Assembly: GCA_003456455.1 (NCBI GenBank)
Contig: DMRV01000121.1
Span: 1 to 30,437, forward strand
Direction: 5' to 3'
DNA from: Flavobacteriales bacterium
GTDB taxonomy: Bacteria; Bacteroidota; Bacteroidia; UBA10329
DNA length: 30,437 bases
In this document: in pieces, positions 17,159 through 23,875 of the stretch
How positions within the stretch are numbered: the stretch's first letter is position 1
Layout of the letters: each line of letters begins with the position of its first letter
Translations under genes and position numbers: made by a program
Notes under the pieces: model-generated
Databases searched by the model: none
Told to the model about the DNA's origin: nothing
What the model saw: only the letters and a program-made list of their open reading frames with translations

Positions 17159-17866
17159 TCAATCAACATTCTTCTGCTTAAAGAGCTTCCGACTGTCAAG
17201 GTCATAGCACAATAAGTGACCATATTCCTTATCGAGATAAGTGTGTGAGCATCCATTATCTAAACAAATAGATTTGGAGTTTGACTTAACTTCTGAGGTG
17301 ATTTTTGAAAGCTTTGTTGGAGTATGTCCAAACAACACCTTCCGTCCGTTTAGCTTTTTGTCAATGGAAAAGTTGCGCATCCAGGCCATGGCATGCGAAT
17401 CGGTAAAAGGTTTTTTGATATTCATATTAAATCCTGCATGTACCAAATAGTAACCGTCAAGCTCATAGAAATAAGGCAACTTACGCATGAATTTGAAAAA
17501 TCGACCTCTTACATTTCCCTTTTTGTTGAGGAGATTCAACGAGTTTCTCGGTTCTAACAAAATCTTAAGTTCATCTGGGTTTTTTGCGGCAATATGTAAT
17601 AGATTCTCTTCGTGATTTCCCATTAAAGGAAAAACACTGTAGCCATCATCAAGGAGGGCAAGCACACGGTCTAGTACCTGTTTGCTTCGTGGCCCACGAT
17701 TGATGAAATCTCCCAATAAAAAAAGTTGATCATTTGCCGTAAGACCGACCTTTTTAAGCAGTTTTCCGAAAGTTTTATTGCAGCCATGTATGTCGGTTAT
17801 TACCAACCTACGACCACCGTTTTCAGGTGGTTCCACTTTAACACTTATTGCGTCTTTAGAAGCCAA
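17159..17866 (-). CDS. Calcineurin-like metallophosphoesterase (PphA/ApaH/phage-lambda-type PPP phosphatase)
   Basis: 'DIHG', 'GDFINRGP', 'GNHE', 'VHAG', 'FGHT', 'LDNG' motifs; no signal peptide. The TTG start overlaps the upstream stop by 11 bp. Confidence 0.9.
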   Translation of the reverse strand: MASKDAISVKVEPPENGGRRLVITDIHGCNKTFGKLLKKVGLTANDQLFLLGDFINRGPRSKQVLDRVLALLDDGYSVFPLMGNHEENLLHIAAKNPDELKILLEPRNSLNLLNKKGNVRGRFFKFMRKLPYFYELDGYYLVHAGFNMNIKKPFTDSHAMAWMRNFSIDKKLNGRKVLFGHTPTKLSKITSEVKSNSKSICLDNGCSHTYLDKEYGHLLCYDLDSRKLFKQKNVD

Positions 17867-20252
17867 TTTTCAAACTTAGTTTGAACGCAAGATTATCAAT
17901 TTCATTGGAAAATGAATACGCACCATAGCGATAAAACACACCGCCCCCAATTCCAAGTAAGTTCACCTTAATAAGGTCGTCAACAACAATCCCCGTTTCA
18001 AAGAAGCCTTTGCTCATATCTTGGATTGTTAATCCGGTATGGCGCTGAGGCTCTCTTAGCCAACCAATGCCAAAGCTGTTTGCCAAATTAAAATCTGGTC
18101 TAATCCACTTAATGCCCGTTTTCACCGAGCCAAAATTATGGCGATGGTGCACACCTATAATTAACCCATTTAGAAACTCGTTTGGTCTAATTGTTTCGTA
18201 AGAATTAGGCGAGTAAATCGAAAGGTCGTCATAGTTCGATTTCGGTGTATACATCTTTAAATATGGAGTGGAATTAGAAATCCAACCAACATTTAGCTGC
18301 CAAAATTCCATCCCTAATTTCCGAATTCTAAATTTTCCTTGAAGCCTGAGGTCAGCCTTCCAATAAGCGTAATCTGACGAGAGTATTCCTTTGAAACCTC
18401 TCGTTACCGTTGCCCACAAAATCACAGCTCCCTTGTCCTGAATAATCTCTCGAGCCCCCAACCGCATTTTCTTCTCAAATGGCGCAAATCGAAAGCCAAC
18501 TCTGACCTCAGCATATTGCGCCTTTGTTAGGCTATCTGTGGTGTTTTCCGGAACATATCGGTAGCCGTGTTTACTCTCTTCATCCTGATGGCGAAACTCA
18601 GCCTCAAAATGCCAGCCGCGCAAGGGATTTATTCTCACGCCAGCATTCCAGCCGTTAATTAAATCCATACGCTGAATAACCAAATCGCTGTACATAGAAC
18701 CAAGCGAACGATTATCGTCCACCAAAAACTCTTGCGCCCCAATCTCCCGAACATCATGGTAATACGCTCCGCGAAGCTGAAGACCTAAATTTTTATGTAG
18801 CGTAAACTCGGCATCACCTCCGTATTTCACCTCTTTATCCTTAAAACCATAGGCAATGTATGCGCCAAAATTCGCCCACTTTATCAAGTTTGGAGACGTA
18901 TGTAATCCAACTCCTAAACGGAAACCTTCATAATCGTTGAAGTCGATAATTTTATCGAGGTCTAACTCCACAGGGCCAATGGGAAAACGGCCCGTTGCTA
19001 GAGCAACAAGCAGTTTAATCCGTTTATCTAGATTTATCTCTTCACCAATGCTATCAATCACTTGGTACGTCTGAATTTCTTTGTCCGATAATGGCATTTC
19101 ACGTTGGTCATTCCAGTATACAGAATCCTTCTTGTGCGCCTTTGAATCTAGTTCCAAAGTATTGGTGCCTATATCGATGGCGCGAACTTTCTCATCCAAG
19201 TTCACCTCTCTATTAAAGGTTGTACCAACACCCTTAAAATTGAAGCCTCCAACATCTACACCAAGCATTGTGAAATCGGTGTTTAGTTGCGTAGGAAACC
19301 ATGTCTCACCCCCGAGTTTCTCATATTTATGCTGGACTTTTATTTCAACCCCTTGCCCGTTAACGACCGTACCCGAAGCATTCATAAGCGCCAAGTCTGT
19401 CATGTTGATGTGTAGCATTCCGCGCAGCGCATCAAATTTCTTCCCCTTTTTGGGCTGGTAACTGATAATGATTACCGTGTCTTGCTCCACCATCAGCGTA
19501 TCTTCAATATTGAAGAAATAGTTGTTCCAGCTATTTGGGCTTAAAGGACCAAGGAATGCCTTTTCGCCCACCGAGAAATAATCCTTGTAAAACGAGAACG
19601 ATTGCATCTGACTGGTAAGCATTGCAAACTGTGGTTTCTTCATACCTGAGAAGCGAGTTGCTTCTACATTATCGGTGTATTTACCATTACGGTATTTGCG
19701 CTCATACACGTTCTCCGACATCATAATGTGCTGCTTTTCTAACAGATTCCTGATAGCGGTAACCATGGTGTCTTCAGCTGCTTGTTTGTTGGTCAGGGTA
19801 GTATCTTCATCTAACGTGACAATCATTTTCTCGTATGCCTTGTAAGAGAAATAAGGCAGATTTCCGGGGTCGGCTTTCTTTCGGTTTTTCACCACTTTTT
19901 TGATGATACGGTCCGCTGGGTTTTCTCCAGGAAGTATTGTAACCTCCGCCAACTGCGTATTCGATTTTGGAAGCTTATAAATGAGCGAATCGGTTTTAGC
20001 GCCAACCGGGAACTTCCGCATTTGATAGCCAATATATTTGATACGAATATGAGAGACTGAACCACTAGCCCTAATTTTAAAGAAGCCATTTAAATCAGTA
20101 GTCGTTCCGCGTGTTCCATCATTTAGAACCACATGCGCAAACACCAACGGTTCGTTGGTAAGGCTATCCTGCACAAAACCTGAAATTGCATCTTGCGAAA
20201 AGCCGGATAGGGAGTAGCAGATTAAAGCAATTGTAACGAGGTTTCTGTGCAT
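17856..20252 (-). CDS. Carboxypeptidase-regulatory-like domain plus DUF5686-type outer-membrane protein
   Basis: Signal peptide SGFS|Q; 'ISGFVQDSLTNEPLVFAHV...GTTTDLNGFF' N-domain; 'LAEVTILPGENPADRIIKKVVKNRKK'; 'IIDFNDYEGFRLG'; C-terminal 'GGGVFYRYGAY...KIGF'. Family recalled from pattern, not searched. Confidence 0.75.
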   Translation of the reverse strand: MHRNLVTIALICYSLSGFSQDAISGFVQDSLTNEPLVFAHVVLNDGTRGTTTDLNGFFKIRASGSVSHIRIKYIGYQMRKFPVGAKTDSLIYKLPKSNTQLAEVTILPGENPADRIIKKVVKNRKKADPGNLPYFSYKAYEKMIVTLDEDTTLTNKQAAEDTMVTAIRNLLEKQHIMMSENVYERKYRNGKYTDNVEATRFSGMKKPQFAMLTSQMQSFSFYKDYFSVGEKAFLGPLSPNSWNNYFFNIEDTLMVEQDTVIIISYQPKKGKKFDALRGMLHINMTDLALMNASGTVVNGQGVEIKVQHKYEKLGGETWFPTQLNTDFTMLGVDVGGFNFKGVGTTFNREVNLDEKVRAIDIGTNTLELDSKAHKKDSVYWNDQREMPLSDKEIQTYQVIDSIGEEINLDKRIKLLVALATGRFPIGPVELDLDKIIDFNDYEGFRLGVGLHTSPNLIKWANFGAYIAYGFKDKEVKYGGDAEFTLHKNLGLQLRGAYYHDVREIGAQEFLVDDNRSLGSMYSDLVIQRMDLINGWNAGVRINPLRGWHFEAEFRHQDEESKHGYRYVPENTTDSLTKAQYAEVRVGFRFAPFEKKMRLGAREIIQDKGAVILWATVTRGFKGILSSDYAYWKADLRLQGKFRIRKLGMEFWQLNVGWISNSTPYLKMYTPKSNYDDLSIYSPNSYETIRPNEFLNGLIIGVHHRHNFGSVKTGIKWIRPDFNLANSFGIGWLREPQRHTGLTIQDMSKGFFETGIVVDDLIKVNLLGIGGGVFYRYGAYSFSNEIDNLAFKLSLKIGF

Positions 20253-20344
20253 TGCGGCAAAGGAAAGAATAAACGCAAATTGAATTGTTGGATTAGTTAG
20301 GCATCATGCAAAACGAAATTCCAGCCTCTAGAATAAGTGATTTA

Positions 20345-20352
20345 TACATTTG
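20345..20352 (+). promoter_or_regulatory. Bacteroidota -7 element (TAnnTTTG) for the SGNH-reductase-desaturase operon
   Basis: TACATTTG, 18 bp upstream of ATG 20371. The ORF-track TTG start at 20350 lies inside this element. Confidence 0.6.
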
Positions 20353-20370
20353 GCTTCTCTTAATCAGGTA

Positions 20371-21621
20371 ATGAACGGCAAAAACCCAAATCTTATTCTT
20401 TCAATCGTTTTCACGGCAGTGGCTTTTTTCCTCTGTCCCGCTTCTAGGCAGTTTTTCGGGTTTGATATGGCCTTATCTACAGATGCGATTCTGATATATT
20501 ACTGGCTTGGAGCCATCCTTTTTGTATTACTAGCGCTGATAGAAGTGCCAAAGCTATCTTCAGTTGTTCGGTATGGAATTGGCGCATTACTCATATTTGG
20601 TTGTTTGGAGTTAACTAGCGCAATTGCATACAAAGCAATAACGGGGAATTGGGCACACCGCATAGCAAAAAACCAGAATCAATACTTGTTTGAAGAACAT
20701 CCGGAACTTGTTGGTTCGCTCATTAAAAACGCAACCCACACTCGAGGAAATCTCACCTATTCGCATAATTCGCTTGGCTATAGAAGTAATGAGTTCACAG
20801 TTGAAAAACCAAAAGAAAAAATCAGAATTGTTACACTTGGCGGCTCTACAACCTATGGCGTGGGAGTGAATAATGACGAGACTTGGCCCTCTCATTTAGC
20901 GAAAGAACTAGGTGCTAATTACGAGGTCATTAACATGGGCGTTCCCGGTTATTCTAGTCGAGAAAACCTACTTCAATCAGAAATGTATCTTTCAGAATTA
21001 CAGCCTGATTTAGCCATTTATTATATTGGACTTAACGACCTACGAAACATCAATATCGAAAACTTGGCAGATGACTACAGCGACTTTCATCAACCTTCAT
21101 TGTACGGTGCTTTCGGTCTGTGTAAGAACGAAAATATTCCGGCTCTAGCATCGTTAAAATTAATGGTTCTGTTTGGGCAAAAATTGAATCTGATTGAGAC
21201 GTGTCCGAACCAAGAGGTAGATGTAAAAACCAGAGGACATCAGGGTGTTGACGAGCGGGCGTTATCCATTTACAAAAGTAACTTAGAGCGTATTATTTCT
21301 CTGTGTAAAAGCAATGGAATTGAGGTAATGCTTGTGCCACAAACGCTTTTAGAAGAGGTTCTCATAACGGGTGATTACAGCTGGTGGATTCCTTTCGTGC
21401 CAACCGAAGAGATGGACAATATGATGAATGACTATAATGTCGCTCTGAAAACGGTGACCGATAGCAACCGGATTTCATTCGTTTCGGAAGCTTTAGAACA
21501 TCATTGGAAAAAAGAAGACTTCGTTGACCTTTCGCATTTCGATAGCGAGGCGAACTTGGAATTGGCTAAAATCATTGCAAATAAATTGCGGATTAGCTCG
21601 AAATCTGATTCTACAAACTAA
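20371..21621 (+). CDS. Membrane-anchored SGNH/GDSL hydrolase
   Basis: Three N-terminal hydrophobic segments; block I 'TLGGSTTYG', block II 'NMGVPGYSS', block III 'YIGLNDL', block V 'DLSHF'. Confidence 0.85.
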   Translation: MNGKNPNLILSIVFTAVAFFLCPASRQFFGFDMALSTDAILIYYWLGAILFVLLALIEVPKLSSVVRYGIGALLIFGCLELTSAIAYKAITGNWAHRIAKNQNQYLFEEHPELVGSLIKNATHTRGNLTYSHNSLGYRSNEFTVEKPKEKIRIVTLGGSTTYGVGVNNDETWPSHLAKELGANYEVINMGVPGYSSRENLLQSEMYLSELQPDLAIYYIGLNDLRNINIENLADDYSDFHQPSLYGAFGLCKNENIPALASLKLMVLFGQKLNLIETCPNQEVDVKTRGHQGVDERALSIYKSNLERIISLCKSNGIEVMLVPQTLLEEVLITGDYSWWIPFVPTEEMDNMMNDYNVALKTVTDSNRISFVSEALEHHWKKEDFVDLSHFDSEANLELAKIIANKLRISSKSDSTN

Positions 21622-21632
21622 GTTCGTAAGAC

Positions 21633-22667
21633 ATGGGAAAGAAACGTTCATATTACATCACCAAACACGGGTCAGCTAAAACGGCATTCGAGCTTCGTGA
21701 AGAGGAAATTCCGCAGCCTCAATCAGGTTTTATTCGAGTTGAAACCGAAGGATTCGGAATCAATTTCGCAGACATTATGGCGCGGAAAGGGTTGTACCAA
21801 GATGCTCCTCCAACGCCTTGCGTGGTTGGGTACGAATCGGTTGGTAGAACCATGGACGAATCGGTTATTGGTGGCGAAACGTTTCCTGCAGGAACGCGTG
21901 TAGTTGCCTTCTCTCGTTTTGGAGGATATTCAACCCATGTTCTTGCTGATGAAAGAGCAGTTCAACCAATTCCGGAAGATATGCCGCTTGGCGAAGCATT
22001 GGCACTGGCAGTTCAGTATTGCACAGCCTACCATTGTGCGGAGGAGCGCGTTTCCGTTTTCCCAGAAGACCACGTTCTGGTGCAAGCCGCAGCTGGAGGT
22101 GTAGGTACAGCGTTGGTTCAATTGCTAAAGCGAAAAGGCTGCACTATTTACGGAACGGCCGGCTCGGAAGAAAAGCTAAAATACATCGCTGAGCAAGGCG
22201 TTCATTTCCCTATCAATTACCGAAAGCAAGATTTTGCCAAGGTGATTAAAGAGAAACTCGGCAAACGAGGGTTGGATGTGGTCTTCGATTCGCTTGGCGG
22301 AAAGAGTTATTCGGATGGATTTAAAGCCTTAGGAAAAGGCGGGAGAATTGTGGGTTTTGGTGCAGCCGAACAGGTTGATGGCGGATTACAAGTCATCAAT
22401 CAACTGAAACTTGCTGCCAACTTTGGGTTATTCAGCCCGATTCAACTATTGATGAATTCGAAAGGAATGATTGGGGTAAACATGCTGCATGTGGCAGACG
22501 ACCGACCAGAAGTGTTGGCTAGAACGATGAAGGCCGTTGTTGAATTGTGGAAAGCAGGAGAAATAAAACCTGTGGTTGGTAAAGTCTTCGAAGCAGCTAA
22601 TCTTGCCGAAGCACACGAATACGTTGAAGGTCGAAAATCTATAGGCAAAGTTGCCGTTAAATGGTAA
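21633..22667 (+). CDS. VAT-1-like NADPH-dependent medium-chain reductase / quinone oxidoreductase (Zn-independent MDR)
   Basis: 'GINFADIMARKGLYQDAPPTPCVVGYE' (GYE in place of the Zn-binding GHE), NADPH motif 'AAAGGVG', C-terminal 'AHEYVEGRKSIGKVAV'. Confidence 0.88.
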   Translation: MGKKRSYYITKHGSAKTAFELREEEIPQPQSGFIRVETEGFGINFADIMARKGLYQDAPPTPCVVGYESVGRTMDESVIGGETFPAGTRVVAFSRFGGYSTHVLADERAVQPIPEDMPLGEALALAVQYCTAYHCAEERVSVFPEDHVLVQAAAGGVGTALVQLLKRKGCTIYGTAGSEEKLKYIAEQGVHFPINYRKQDFAKVIKEKLGKRGLDVVFDSLGGKSYSDGFKALGKGGRIVGFGAAEQVDGGLQVINQLKLAANFGLFSPIQLLMNSKGMIGVNMLHVADDRPEVLARTMKAVVELWKAGEIKPVVGKVFEAANLAEAHEYVEGRKSIGKVAVKW

Positions 22668-22685
22668 TGGCTTAATTTTATTCTC

Positions 22686-23486
22686 ATGGAATGGCAAGTT
22701 TATCTCGATAAATTCATCAATTCTGGTGGAAAGAATTTAATCCGATACACCTTATTCGCAGGCATTCCTTACCTGCTTTTTTACGTGCTGTTCCAATCTA
22801 AAACCTTTCGGATGAAAATTCAGCAGAAGGTGCCAAAGGCTAAAGACATCAGAAGGGAAATGCTTTATTCCATTTCTTCTGTGGCCGTGTTTTCCATCAT
22901 CAGTATGGGAATCCTAGCTTTAGTAAAAGGCGGTTATTCTACGGTATACGGAGATATGAGCGAATACGGAATGGTCTATTTCTGGGTAAGCATTCCATTG
23001 CTCATCATTTTACACGATGCTTATTTCTACTGGACACATAGAGCAATGCACTGGCGGCCCGTTTTCAAATATGTGCACCTCGTACATCACAAAAGCACAG
23101 ACCCAACACCTTGGGCGGCCTTTGCTTTTCATCCACTAGAAGCTATTGTGCAAGGCTCATTTGTACCGCTCGTCATTTTGATTCTTCCAGTACACCCCAT
23201 TGCCATTCTTACATGGGCACTATACCAGTTTACGCTCAATGTGCTTGGACATTTAGGCTATGAAATACTTCCTAAAGGATTTACCAAAAGCAAGCTCACT
23301 TTCTGGCACAATACAGGCACGCATCATAACATGCATCACAAATATTTCAGCTGTAATTACGGCTTGTACTTTAATGTTTGGGATCGCCTTATGGGCACCA
23401 ATCACGCTAAGTATGACGAAACCTTTGAGGAGGTTTGCGATAGACGCGCCAAGGCTACTGAAAGCATTAGTTCGCAGGCTGTTTGA
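22686..23486 (+). CDS. Sterol-desaturase / fatty-acid hydroxylase superfamily membrane diiron enzyme
   Basis: His boxes 'HDAYFYWTHRAMH', 'HLVHH', 'HHNMHH'; 'PTPWAAFAFHPLE'; 'NYGLYFNVWDRLMGT'; several transmembrane segments. Confidence 0.9.
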   Translation: MEWQVYLDKFINSGGKNLIRYTLFAGIPYLLFYVLFQSKTFRMKIQQKVPKAKDIRREMLYSISSVAVFSIISMGILALVKGGYSTVYGDMSEYGMVYFWVSIPLLIILHDAYFYWTHRAMHWRPVFKYVHLVHHKSTDPTPWAAFAFHPLEAIVQGSFVPLVILILPVHPIAILTWALYQFTLNVLGHLGYEILPKGFTKSKLTFWHNTGTHHNMHHKYFSCNYGLYFNVWDRLMGTNHAKYDETFEEVCDRRAKATESISSQAV

Positions 23487-23845
23487 TTGTTGAATCTGTG
23501 GTTGGAATTCAAGAACCACCAAATCGTTGCAACTCTTGGCTCTGTTTTTTCACCATCCAATTTTTCTCCTCCGCTAATCCAGCAAATAAATCTAGAGAAT
23601 CCACCCTTTGATTTTCCTCTATTTAAACCGTGTCGCTTGTCGAATATCCAAACCACAGCTAAGCATTACTCGCTCATAAAATTCGGTTACTAACACCTAA
23701 CTAACAGGTTCTTAATGTCAGTTTGTGCACAAATAGCCCTTATTGACACTACGCAAAACCCGTAATTGTGGGTACTGGGCCTTATTTTCGTGAGCCTAAA
23801 AAATTTTATTAAAGTTTTCTTAACAGCTATCGTACTCGTACCCAG

Positions 23846-23853
23846 TATTTTTG
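23846..23853 (+). promoter_or_regulatory. Bacteroidota -7 element (TAnnTTTG) for the giant T9SS protein gene
   Basis: TATTTTTG(CC), 22 bp upstream of ATG 23876. Confidence 0.65.
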
Positions 23854-23875
23854 CCATCCGATTTTCAAACCCACA

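Noticed and set aside
20350-20370. TTG 20350 as the SGNH start codon
   Set aside because: It lies inside the TACATTTG promoter element, so it would probably not be transcribed; ATG 20371 is preferred.
23402-23693. Short ORFs (84 aa minus, 68 aa plus) in the intergenic region
   Set aside because: No family motifs, signal peptide or promoter match; the 84-aa ORF also overlaps the desaturase 3' end.
23769-23847. 7-bp inverted pair TACTGGG / CCCAGTA touching the -7 element
   Set aside because: Short and about 60 bp apart; upstream of the predicted transcription start, so unlikely to form an RNA structure.
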